The position numbers were made by a program, and so were the translations under genes. From NCBI GenBank assembly GCA_030614005.1, contig JAUWKS010000063.1:1-18334 (forward strand): a stretch of DNA of 18,334 nt. Direction: 5' to 3'. Within the stretch, counting starts at the first letter, position 1. Each line of letters opens with the position of its first letter. Shown in pieces: positions 1-8,321 of this stretch. Below the pieces are notes generated by a model. That model saw only the letters and a list, made by a program, of their open reading frames with translations, ran no database searches and was not told where the DNA came from. The stretch comes from Candidatus Heimdallarchaeota archaeon (GTDB taxonomy: Archaea > Asgardarchaeota > Heimdallarchaeia > JABLTI01).

Positions 1-51
1 CTTTTTCGGTTTTTTTATTGGAGGAGTTTCAGCTAAATTAGTGGTTGACAT
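1..51 (-). CDS. Possible 5' end of a gene running off the left edge (MSTTNLAETPPIKKPKK...)
   Basis: ATG at 51-49 on the minus strand, open to position 1; in-frame TAA just upstream (58-60); divergent from the 303 ORF. Only 17 codons are visible. Confidence 0.3.
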   Translation of the reverse strand, partial: MSTTNLAETPPIKKPKK

Positions 52-230
52 TTGATTTTACCTTGTGAAATTGCTTCTAGATGATACTAAAGTGAAATTA
101 TTTCTTTGTTGAGTTGCTAAATTAATAACGAGCTTCTAAATAAAAAAGTATTTCATTATATTATTACTACTTTTCATTGTTTTTTAATGGTTAAAACGAT
201 ATTTTGTTGTTATTTTGACAGTCACCATTC

Positions 231-305
231 AAAAAATATATATCTGTTGAAAACGACATCACTACTATCAAAGATTAATCTTTCAAAACAATTGGTAAAC
301 AATTG
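231..305 (+). promoter_or_regulatory. Putative TATA box (AAAAAATATATAT, 231-243) with downstream 14-bp palindrome AAAGATTAATCTTT (270-283) and AACAATTG direct repeat (288-295, 298-305)
   Basis: Motifs read directly from the sequence; the palindrome lies about 25-30 nt after the TATA-like box, where an archaeal TSS is expected. Confidence 0.4.
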
Positions 306-1658
306 AGATTAAGATGCGAGAAATTACCTAGTGAAAAGACAAACTCTAATTTGGAGGAGAAAAAAGTGACGCCGAATGATGAGAATGAATTTAAAAAGTT
401 ACTAATTATTGGATCTTTAATTGGATTATTAGGCGCAATCGCGCTAATATTAGGAATGATTTTACAGTTTAATGTTTTCGTTTCAGGAGAAATCAATGTT
501 TTTGGTTTTGTCGTTATTGCATTTGCATTCGGCATCTTTATTATCTGTCTATTAACGCTTCTTGGAACATTTTCTGTAGGATTTAGTGTAAATGATGAAC
601 GACCAGGTTTGTTAGCATTAGTATTGTTCATATTTGCCCCAACAATTGTTTTAACAGAATTTAGTACTCCATTGTATTATTTACTAGAATTGGGAAATAA
701 AGAACTAGATCTTGGGGGCATAGGATTTGGTTTTTATTTGGTTTATATTGGTGCAGGACTATTCCTCCTTTCATTTATATTCCATGTTTGGACTTTCCTC
801 TGGAAAAATAGACTCAGCAATACTGGTTTAAATCTCGGTGGTAGCTCTGAAAACGAAGAAATTGGATTCGTTAAAATATTAAGAATTACTAACAGTATCT
901 TGATTATTGCCGCTAGCGCAGGGATAATATTGGGAATGATACTTCCAGCCTATGCTTCAGCAACAAATCCCGATATTGCAGGATTGTTAATGTACGAAGA
1001 TGGTTCACATTTGGATCTAGAAGCATTGTTCTTCATGGCTATTCTCTTTAGTATTGTAGTTACTGCAATTATTGTTATGCTTAGCAATTTTGGTGTGGTA
1101 AAATCTACGAGAAGCGAAATACCTTTGTTAATATTACTTGGAGTCACTTTTTTAGTTCCGGGTTATATTCCAAAAGCAAACCCTCTCGGTGTTTGGAGTT
1201 CACCTTTCTTTGAAGTATTAGTATTTATGCGTGAACTTACATATAATTCAGACTTTAGCTTTACTTTTGGAGGATGGATCCTAATAATAGGAGTAATTGG
1301 TTTGCTCATATCAGTTTTCATAGCAATTATTTCATTCTTCTTTAGCATGTCAGCAACAGCAGCTCCTAAAGGAGATAGACCAGCTAAGGTAAAGAAAAGA
1401 GGCAAAATGCCAACAGGTCCACCATCCGCCGATGTTGGAGGATTGGCTTCTCAATTAGCTAGTTCAGATCCACCTTCAGCAGCAGGTCCACCATCCGCAT
1501 TAGGTCAACCACCATCACCACCAAGCTTTTTAGCTTCTTCAAGTGCTGCACCAGGTGCAGAACCAGACAAACCAACATGTCCATTCTGTGGAAAATCGCT
1601 AAGATTTATTGATGAATACCAGAGATGGTATTGTGATTCATGTTCTCAATATGTATAA
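303..1658 (+). CDS. Multi-pass membrane protein (about 8 TM, 2 x 4-TM repeat) with Pro/Ser/Ala-rich linker and C-terminal CxxC...CxxC zinc ribbon
   Basis: 451-aa ORF with hydrophobic helices; ILGMIL occurs twice; PPS-rich segment; ends CPFCGKSLRFIDEYQRWYCDSCSQYV. True start may be TTG at 351. Confidence 0.85.
   Translation: MRLRCEKLPSEKTNSNLEEKKVTPNDENEFKKLLIIGSLIGLLGAIALILGMILQFNVFVSGEINVFGFVVIAFAFGIFIICLLTLLGTFSVGFSVNDERPGLLALVLFIFAPTIVLTEFSTPLYYLLELGNKELDLGGIGFGFYLVYIGAGLFLLSFIFHVWTFLWKNRLSNTGLNLGGSSENEEIGFVKILRITNSILIIAASAGIILGMILPAYASATNPDIAGLLMYEDGSHLDLEALFFMAILFSIVVTAIIVMLSNFGVVKSTRSEIPLLILLGVTFLVPGYIPKANPLGVWSSPFFEVLVFMRELTYNSDFSFTFGGWILIIGVIGLLISVFIAIISFFFSMSATAAPKGDRPAKVKKRGKMPTGPPSADVGGLASQLASSDPPSAAGPPSALGQPPSPPSFLASSSAAPGAEPDKPTCPFCGKSLRFIDEYQRWYCDSCSQYV
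1414..1498 (+). repeat. 16-bp direct repeat CAGGTCCACCATCCGC (1414-1429, 1483-1498) encoding GPPSA
   Basis: Two exact copies within the Pro-rich coding region. Confidence 0.8.
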
Positions 1659-1662
1659 CAAA

Positions 1663-1707
1663 ATGGAAGGATTTTCCTTTCATCCTCTTTTTCTTTTATT
1701 TTTATTT
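1663..1707 (+). terminator. Hairpin plus T-tract terminator candidate
   Basis: ATGGAAGG-ATTTT-CCTTTCAT (8 bp, one G-U pair) immediately after the 1658 stop, followed by a long T-rich run. Confidence 0.55.
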
Positions 1708-1796
1708 ACTCTGTATAGTGGTACTAGGTTTAAGCTTCTAAAAGAAAAGCATATTGCATTCCCCCACATTTATTAGAGAATGCTAATATTAATCAC

Positions 1797-2531
1797 TTAT
1801 TTTTTACTTTCTGTTTCTTCTTCCTCTACTAAAATAACTCCACCAGTTTTTCCTATACGGTATTCTTTTCCTCTAAACATATCTATGAATGGACCAATGT
1901 ATTTTGGAAAGATTGCTATAGAAATTCCAATGGTAAATAATCCAAGTAAAAAGCCTCCGCTCAAACCAGCTAGATGTATCCAAGGTGGATAGATTGGAAG
2001 AAAGAAAGCAACGGGGATGCCAACGAACAGTGCCATAAATTGTGCTGGTCTAACTGTTCGCGTTATTAATCCGAAAATCATCATACTGACAATAAACACT
2101 AATAATAATATTGGATTTGTTATAACCAAAAAACTGACAATGACAGCTATACCACGACCTCCTTTAAATCCAAGCCATGGACAATAATTGTGCCCTAAGA
2201 TTACAGCTATAGCAACTGAAATATAAATAATCTTATGCCAAGAAAATTCATAATATTCACCTGCACCAACAAGTGGATCATTATTAAAGGGAATAATCAT
2301 TGCTGCTAAGATACAAACCAATCCCTTTGAATAGTCTAGAAAACCTGCAAGTAATCCCCATCCAAAGCCAACCTGCATCATGGCATTTAGTCCGCCAACG
2401 TTTTTCATTCCACTTTCCCGTAAATCTATACCACTTCTCCATTTAGTAATCAGATAAGAGAATGGAATTGAACCAATCAAATATGCTATTATTGGACAAA
2501 TAATTACCCATATCCAATCAATAAAAGTCAT
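1797..2531 (-). CDS. plsY: PlsY-family (glycerol-3-phosphate acyltransferase-like) membrane protein with non-canonical active-site residues
   Basis: YLIGSIPF, G-x-x-N-x-G-x-x-N, DYSKG, GHNYCPWLGFKGGRGIA and the C-terminal GKE match the PlsY pattern; motif 1 Ser/Arg and motif 3 His/Asn appear substituted. Confidence 0.85.
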   Translation of the reverse strand: MTFIDWIWVIICPIIAYLIGSIPFSYLITKWRSGIDLRESGMKNVGGLNAMMQVGFGWGLLAGFLDYSKGLVCILAAMIIPFNNDPLVGAGEYYEFSWHKIIYISVAIAVILGHNYCPWLGFKGGRGIAVIVSFLVITNPILLLVFIVSMMIFGLITRTVRPAQFMALFVGIPVAFFLPIYPPWIHLAGLSGGFLLGLFTIGISIAIFPKYIGPFIDMFRGKEYRIGKTGGVILVEEEETESKK

Positions 2532-2707
2532 TATTTTTCAAAACCTGTTTCTACTATTGAATGCTATTTATTTTAACTTCTAAATTTTTAAGTTTTTCTA
2601 ATTTCTTCGAAGATGAGTAACAAACAAAATTAAAATTGATTACTTTGAAAGCTAACTAATTTATTACATTAAATTTTATTTTAGGAAGCAAACTCTTTTC
2701 ATTGAAT

Positions 2708-2720
2708 AAAAAAAAAGAAA
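2708..2720 (-). terminator. T-tract terminator candidate after the ABC permease gene
   Basis: A9 run (T9 on the minus strand) about 35 nt past the stop at 2750. Confidence 0.35.
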
Positions 2721-2749
2721 GGATTATTTCTTATGATATAATACTTGTC

Positions 2750-5560
2750 TTAAATTTGTTTTATTGCTTTTATAGTATCTTTTCTGAATACAATCCATGA
2801 TGTTAAAGCAGCAGATGCAATAGCTGTAACAAACAAGATGCTTGTTGCAAGCAAAAGTTGGAGTGGTTTGAAAACCAATTCATTTGGCGGTATGGTTGTT
2901 GCATATGTCAATATTTCAGTAAACATGTATGCTGCAAAAGTACCCAATGCTGCACCAGTTATTGCTCCAAAAACAACTAACGTCATTGATTCGGTTAGGA
3001 ACATACCAAAAAGCTGTTTCGGCGACATTCCTAGAACTTTCAAAGTAACAACTTCTCTTTCCTTTTCAATGGCTTGTATTAGAATCATCAAAGTAATAGC
3101 TGAAATGGTTATTACCAGAGAAGATATGAATGATGAATTAAGTGACCCATATAGCATTGTATTTCTTAAACTACCTTCAAAAGTACTTTCAAGATCCACA
3201 ACATTCTTGACTGAACGACCAAGTTCTTCTTCAATAGAAATTGCAACTTCTTTGATTTCATAATTTGGATCTACTTTCACTAGCAAATCACCTACAGAGC
3301 TAAATTCACTCTCAGTGAATATTGCAACATTCTCATACGTACCAATTATAACAAATCGATAAACAGTCTGATCGTCTCTAGGTTCACTAGTGTAGAATCT
3401 TGGCAAAAAGTCAAAAATACCCTTAATATTTAGGGTCCTGTTAAGTATTCCTACAGGATATTTCTCATAGACAATGTTAAATGTGTCTTCTCCATAAATA
3501 CCAATCTTCTGTAATTGTTTCTTTTGCATGACAACATCATCGTCATCAACTATTTTACTGAAGAATTTTTCTGGATTATTTCCTTGGATATATCCCATGT
3601 CAAAATAAGCTGTTTTAGCAAATCCCTCTGGATCTATACCAATAACTTGGTAAGAAAAGACCACGCCACCATAACTGAGTACCTGTGTGGTAATTCGAAG
3701 ATAGGTAGCTGATTGCACTCCTTCTATAGCAGAGATTTGCTCTTTGGTAATATTATTTCCAACATTTACTTTGTGAATTAAAATATCAGAACCAAGTGAA
3801 TAATAAGCATTTTCTCGATCATAGTCTTGATAGGATTCAATAGTCACTATCGATGAAAAGATGAGGGTGAATGTCAGTGTTATTAGTACGAGTGATCTTG
3901 CAGTATCTGCTTTTCTTCTTGAACTTCGTTTAAAGGCGAGACCTACTATTTCTAAATTCTTCGTCTTCCACGAGAGATGTGAAAGAAAATCGATAATATA
4001 TGGATAAATCCTTGATACTAATAGGACTCCTCCTAAAATCAGACAGACAATAGCTGATGTTCCTATTCCATAAGCAAAGGAGTAAGCAGAAGGTCCATCT
4101 AAATTTAAGACAACAACTATCCAGAGAGCAGTGCCAACGAATATTAAGAAGAGATCCAGAAATGCCTTCTGCCAAAATGGTTTCTTTTCTTGATGCTCCG
4201 AGTATGCTTCTTGTGTAGATATTGTGCTCATTTCCCAGATATTTAATACATTGATAATTAATGCTAGAACAAAGCCTACAGTTATCACTACAAAGAAAAT
4301 AATCAGATTTAGTGCTGGATTAATTGCCAACCCTGAAAAGGCTAAGAAACCGGTGCTTTTTGTAAGTAGCCAAGAAAAGAGATAACCCAAAACAAATGCA
4401 ATTAGGATTGCTGAAATAGTCATCTCTATTACTTGAAGGATTAAATTCGCCATTACTTCTTTCCTTGAACTGCCTCTTTGAAGCATAGTAGAAACATGAC
4501 GCTTCTGTCGTCGTTTCATTAAATTAGCTGAATAATTAGTGAGTGATAATGCCATTCCGATTATCGGTGTGAGGAATAAAATACCAAATAACTGGAAGAC
4601 TAGAAACTCTTTTCTAAAATCCTCAAGCATTATTGAAAGATCGTTGTAGACGTGTAAAGTGTATCCTTCAGTTTCAAATTCTCTTGTTATTTCTTGCGCC
4701 AACTGAGTTACTAGAGCAATTTCATTTTGCAAATCAAAGGAATCTATTTTCTCAAGATCAAAAGTAATCCTTCCTGTTGGTAAGGACATACCAGATAAAT
4801 ACCCAAGATTTGTAACAAAATTCGCAAAGTTAGTATAACTTGTTATCATAAATTGTTCGCTGAAATATTCACTCATGGCATCGAAATCAACAGCCGTTGC
4901 TCCTCGAACATTATTAAAAGATTCAGTTGTGATGAGTCCTGAAACATTGAGATAAGCTCCTCCATATGGCATACCCGTAGCAATTACTTGCTCAGATGAC
5001 ATCATAAACATTGGAGTGTAGCAAGGGATTGTATTCATTAATGAGATATTTGTAGTTTCAATTGTTCCACTATCTACAACTGCAATAACATCATCGATTT
5101 GTTGTGGAATGGTTCCATTGTAAAGAATTGCTTCTAGTGCACTAAAGTAGTCAGGTGGTACAGCATAAAGATTAAAATCATTGATATACGTTGAATCATT
5201 CTTATCTGTAAAATCAACAACTGCAAACAATCCTCTTGAAAGAAACCAGTCAACTCGATCAATTCGATCTTCTATTTCAACAGTTTTGATAGCTGCTTCT
5301 GATATTTCAATAAGCTTTGGTATCCCTGCACCAATTTCACTTGTAATATCATATGATGATACTGCTATTGTAAACTGTTTTGGAGGTATTTCTTGATAAA
5401 AACCGGTAAAACCTCCATATTGATAACTGTACATAAACATCAAGCTTGATGCTATTAAAGCAAGACTAATTCCCAATCCCAGAAACATCACAAGAGTGTT
5501 CCTTCTATTGAGGAATATCATGTTGTAATGAAATTTTATTTTTTCAATAATTTTTACCAT
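2750..5560 (-). CDS. FtsX/MacB-like ABC transporter permease with two permease modules
   Basis: 936 aa; two repeats of TM, large extracytoplasmic domain, 3 TM; motifs RRQKRHVSTMLQRGSSRKEV and EREVVTLKVLGMSPKQLFGMFLTES are typical FtsX-domain signatures. Confidence 0.9.
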   Translation of the reverse strand: MVKIIEKIKFHYNMIFLNRRNTLVMFLGLGISLALIASSLMFMYSYQYGGFTGFYQEIPPKQFTIAVSSYDITSEIGAGIPKLIEISEAAIKTVEIEDRIDRVDWFLSRGLFAVVDFTDKNDSTYINDFNLYAVPPDYFSALEAILYNGTIPQQIDDVIAVVDSGTIETTNISLMNTIPCYTPMFMMSSEQVIATGMPYGGAYLNVSGLITTESFNNVRGATAVDFDAMSEYFSEQFMITSYTNFANFVTNLGYLSGMSLPTGRITFDLEKIDSFDLQNEIALVTQLAQEITREFETEGYTLHVYNDLSIMLEDFRKEFLVFQLFGILFLTPIIGMALSLTNYSANLMKRRQKRHVSTMLQRGSSRKEVMANLILQVIEMTISAILIAFVLGYLFSWLLTKSTGFLAFSGLAINPALNLIIFFVVITVGFVLALIINVLNIWEMSTISTQEAYSEHQEKKPFWQKAFLDLFLIFVGTALWIVVVLNLDGPSAYSFAYGIGTSAIVCLILGGVLLVSRIYPYIIDFLSHLSWKTKNLEIVGLAFKRSSRRKADTARSLVLITLTFTLIFSSIVTIESYQDYDRENAYYSLGSDILIHKVNVGNNITKEQISAIEGVQSATYLRITTQVLSYGGVVFSYQVIGIDPEGFAKTAYFDMGYIQGNNPEKFFSKIVDDDDVVMQKKQLQKIGIYGEDTFNIVYEKYPVGILNRTLNIKGIFDFLPRFYTSEPRDDQTVYRFVIIGTYENVAIFTESEFSSVGDLLVKVDPNYEIKEVAISIEEELGRSVKNVVDLESTFEGSLRNTMLYGSLNSSFISSLVITISAITLMILIQAIEKEREVVTLKVLGMSPKQLFGMFLTESMTLVVFGAITGAALGTFAAYMFTEILTYATTIPPNELVFKPLQLLLATSILFVTAIASAALTSWIVFRKDTIKAIKQI

Positions 5561-5692
5561 GCTTGATCCTTCTGCAAATTCGACAAAGACTCACAAATCA
5601 AAATTAATAATGAAACGTAATAAATAAGGATTTGTAAGTCATTGATAAAAAAAAGTATGGTCAGTTTTCTCAATTAGATTATTTAATAGTGA

Positions 5693-6355
5693 CCAGATGC
5701 AATGTTCAATCCAGTATTAACGGCAATGGCATTTACAGTTTCCGCTGATTGGCGACAAAGAGGAACTTCTTTTTGGAAAGATAGCCTAGGAGATAGTGTA
5801 GCTATTGAATCGCTCAATATTGTAGATAAACCACATGATCTTTCAGCTGGATCAGGTATTCGTTCTTTTGACTCTGAAGGAAATCCGACAAAAGATATTG
5901 AAATAATTAAAGATGGTGTGCTACAAACTTTTCTACATAATCAACGCACGGCTAATAAAGAAAAGCTTGAACCAACTGGAAATACTTTTAGATCAATGGG
6001 CGGGCAACCAAGCTTTACTCAACCACCAGCAAATATTTTCCCAAATTCTCTTTGGGTGTTACCTGGTGAAATTCCTGAGGATGAATTGATAAAAGATACA
6101 AAGCAAGGAATAATTATACATAATTTTCAAGGAACAGTTCGTAACCAAAATGGTATTTTCTCTGGAATTGCAAAAGGAGCCTATCTAATAGAAAATGGGG
6201 AAATAACTAAACCGGTAACAGGTATTTCAATTTCAGGAAATGTCTTTGAACTACTAAAAAATATTCAAGGAATTGGCAAAGAACTACATTTAACAAACGC
6301 CTATGCGTTAACACCTATGATGAAATTTACCGGTATAAAAGTCTCTACTAAATAA
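5693..6355 (+). pseudogene. PmbA/TldE-like protein, C-terminal domain only (5'-truncated or stand-alone)
   Basis: SFDSEG, IIKDGVLQTFLH, TGN, GDFS-like GIFSG and ISISGNVFELLKNI match the PmbA/TldD C-domain; no HExxGH; only 217 aa against about 440; in-frame TAA TAG TGA at 5684-5692 precedes PDAM. Confidence 0.75.
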
Positions 6356-6413
6356 AAGTAGAGATTTTTTCGTTCTTTTTATAAAGTTATTGAATTTTTT
6401 TTGGTGCTAATGT

Positions 6414-6818
6414 TTGAGAAAAGTATTTACACTGAAACAAACATTGGTTCTACTCCAAGAGGTTGGAGAATTGGTCAAAAAATACAAACAAGCTGCTCCT
6501 TGCGGATTGATTTGTGATGAATGCACTTGGTTTCAAGGTAAAATGGAAACGAGTTGTCCAGGTTGCTTAGAGAAAAAAGGCAAACCATTTTGGGGTGAGT
6601 GTGAAGTTTTTCTTTGCGCCAAAATGAAGCATCACGAACATTGTGGAGCGTGTAATGATTTTCCCTGTGAGACTATTATCAATCAATTTGATCCAAATAA
6701 TCCCAAGGGTAAACAAGAAGCCATTTTCCGTGTGGGTCAACTTACCATTAGGAATAAAATTGGTACAAAAGAATGGTTAGTAAAAAGAGCTGGTAGTTTT
6801 CTACCGAAATTTGAATAA
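6414..6818 (+). CDS. DUF3795-like cysteine-rich (Zn/Fe-S binding) small protein
   Basis: 10 Cys in the pattern CGLICDEC...CPGC...C-x4-C...HCGAC-x2-FPC. Likely start is TTG at 6471 after a GGAG-containing SD. Confidence 0.75.
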   Translation: MRKVFTLKQTLVLLQEVGELVKKYKQAAPCGLICDECTWFQGKMETSCPGCLEKKGKPFWGECEVFLCAKMKHHEHCGACNDFPCETIINQFDPNNPKGKQEAIFRVGQLTIRNKIGTKEWLVKRAGSFLPKFE

Positions 6819-6838
6819 AATTTCTTAGGGATTTTTTA

Positions 6839-6892
6839 TTCAATTCATAGAAACTCTATAATTGAAATTTACTCTATTCAGCTTGACAAGCT
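6839..6892. promoter_or_regulatory. Two inverted repeats: bulged hairpin (6839-6866) and AGCTTG-A-CAAGCT (6880-6892)
   Basis: TTCAATT(C)ATAG-AAACT-CTATAATTGAA and a perfect 6-1-6 palindrome in the 146-nt gap between the DUF3795-like and LigB-like genes. Confidence 0.4.
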
Positions 6893-6964
6893 AAAGCAAA
6901 AGACTAAAAACAGAATGACTTGAATCTATATTAGAGCTAAAATATTTATCTGAAGGGTATAAAA

Positions 6965-7804
6965 TTGGTCGTAGTTGGTGCTTACATTCTCCCTCATGGT
7001 GCTATGGTTTTGGATCCTGAGAAGGATAACATACCAGAAGAAGCAATTAAATTGCATCATGCAATGATCAAAATGGCTAAAACCATCGACGAGCTAAAAC
7101 CTGATTTAATATTTTTAACAACGCCTCATAGCATTGCACTATCAAACGATTTTGGGATTTATATGAATAAAGGCGGTAATGGCAGTGCAGAATGGAATAA
7201 TGAATACAAAAAATTTAAGGTGCAAGTGGAATTCGATCAAGAGATAACTATTGAATTGTTAGAATATCTTCTTGATAAAGAAACGGCTGTTCATGGTATT
7301 GCTACTTTTACTCTTGGAGTAAATGCTCCATTCAGATGGGGCGAAGTTGTTCCATTGTGGTTTTTAAGAAAATTATCAACAAAACCAAAATACATTCTAA
7401 TGTCTCAACCATTACGGCGTCTTGAAGAAACTAAAGAACTTATTCCTGAAACACTCACTCTAGGGAATGATTTAAGGTTATTTTTTGAATCTTTAGAAAA
7501 ACGAATTGTAGTAATCATTAGTGCAGATTTGGGACACACCCATCAAGCAAATGGACCATATGGATTTTCTGAAGAGGCAGAACCTTTTGATAAATTAATG
7601 GAAAAATGGGCTGGAACGCTAGATGAAAAATTACTAATTAAAAAGGCTGTTCCGAAATTAGAAAAAGCTCTTTGTTGCGGATATATTGGTTTTATAATGC
7701 TACAAGGAATGTTAACTGGGAAAGGTTTCACACCAGAAGTTGTTACAAGAGCTACTCCATCTTATTATGGAATGATGATAGCTAAATATACGAAAAATGA
7801 ATGA
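6965..7804 (+). CDS. Class III extradiol dioxygenase-like (LigB/MEMO superfamily) protein
   Basis: PHG, PDLIFLTTPH, ISADLGH, GPYGF, CCG and SYYGM motifs; 279 aa, full length. Confidence 0.8.
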   Translation: MVVVGAYILPHGAMVLDPEKDNIPEEAIKLHHAMIKMAKTIDELKPDLIFLTTPHSIALSNDFGIYMNKGGNGSAEWNNEYKKFKVQVEFDQEITIELLEYLLDKETAVHGIATFTLGVNAPFRWGEVVPLWFLRKLSTKPKYILMSQPLRRLEETKELIPETLTLGNDLRLFFESLEKRIVVIISADLGHTHQANGPYGFSEEAEPFDKLMEKWAGTLDEKLLIKKAVPKLEKALCCGYIGFIMLQGMLTGKGFTPEVVTRATPSYYGMMIAKYTKNE

Positions 7805-7824
7805 GTAGAACACTAATATGTGTT

Positions 7825-8103
7825 CTAATATCTCAACAAATACTTGTTCTTCTCCCAACTCGTAACTTGTAATCGATATTCATCCCATTCCCTTGATTTT
7901 GCAAGAATATAGGATTCGTTGTGAGGATTCTCAAAAGTATTTTTGATCAAATTTGAGGAGCGAATATTATTTGTTGCCTCCCACAAACTTGATGGCAGAT
8001 GTTCTACATGTAAATCATTTAGTTTTTGTTCATCCATTCTGTAAAGATTTTCTTGTCTAGGTGGCGGGATAGTTAGATTTTGTTTGATGCCTTCATAGAA
8101 CAA
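7825..8103 (-). pseudogene. glnA: Glutamine synthetase type I C-terminal remnant
   Basis: EGIK..PPP..ENLY.M...LPSSL.EA...AKSREWDEYRLQVTSWEKNKY matches the GS-I C-terminus; only about 90 aa; the upstream frame is unrelated and closes with TAA at 8146-8148; catalytic core absent. Confidence 0.8.
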
Positions 8104-8321
8104 ACTCCGATAATCTTTGACTTTAAAAGGTAAACTTAAACTTTCTTATTAAATTGAGAATTGATTCTAATTTTTTTGAGCGACAGAAAAAGCACTCTTC
8201 CTAAGAGACACTAAAATCCTTAACTATATAAAATAGAATTGACCCAATTTTTCAGTTCAAATAATCTTTTTTCCAATATTGCTATATTCTCCATAACGGA
8301 AAGATTTTAACTAAAGAAGCT

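Noticed and set aside
275-1405. Minus-strand ORFs 275-631, 950-1147 and 1163-1405
   Set aside because: Antisense shadows of the 451-aa membrane protein gene; no recognisable motifs.
1417-1540. Pro-rich tail as an ESCRT P(S/T)AP or PPxY late-domain motif
   Set aside because: No exact PSAP, PTAP or PPxY is present; only PPSA variants.
1780-5396. ORFs 1780-1992 (+), 2838-3263 (+), 3515-3712 (-), 3930-4175 (-) and 5181-5396 (+)
   Set aside because: They overlap plsY-like or the permease in antisense or alternative frames, as expected for hydrophobic genes.
5684-5692. Consecutive TAA TAG TGA in frame before the pmbA fragment
   Set aside because: Eye-catching but plausible by chance in very AT-rich DNA; used only to mark the truncation point.
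7543-7731. 62-aa minus-strand ORF
   Set aside because: Antisense to the LigB-like gene; no independent support.
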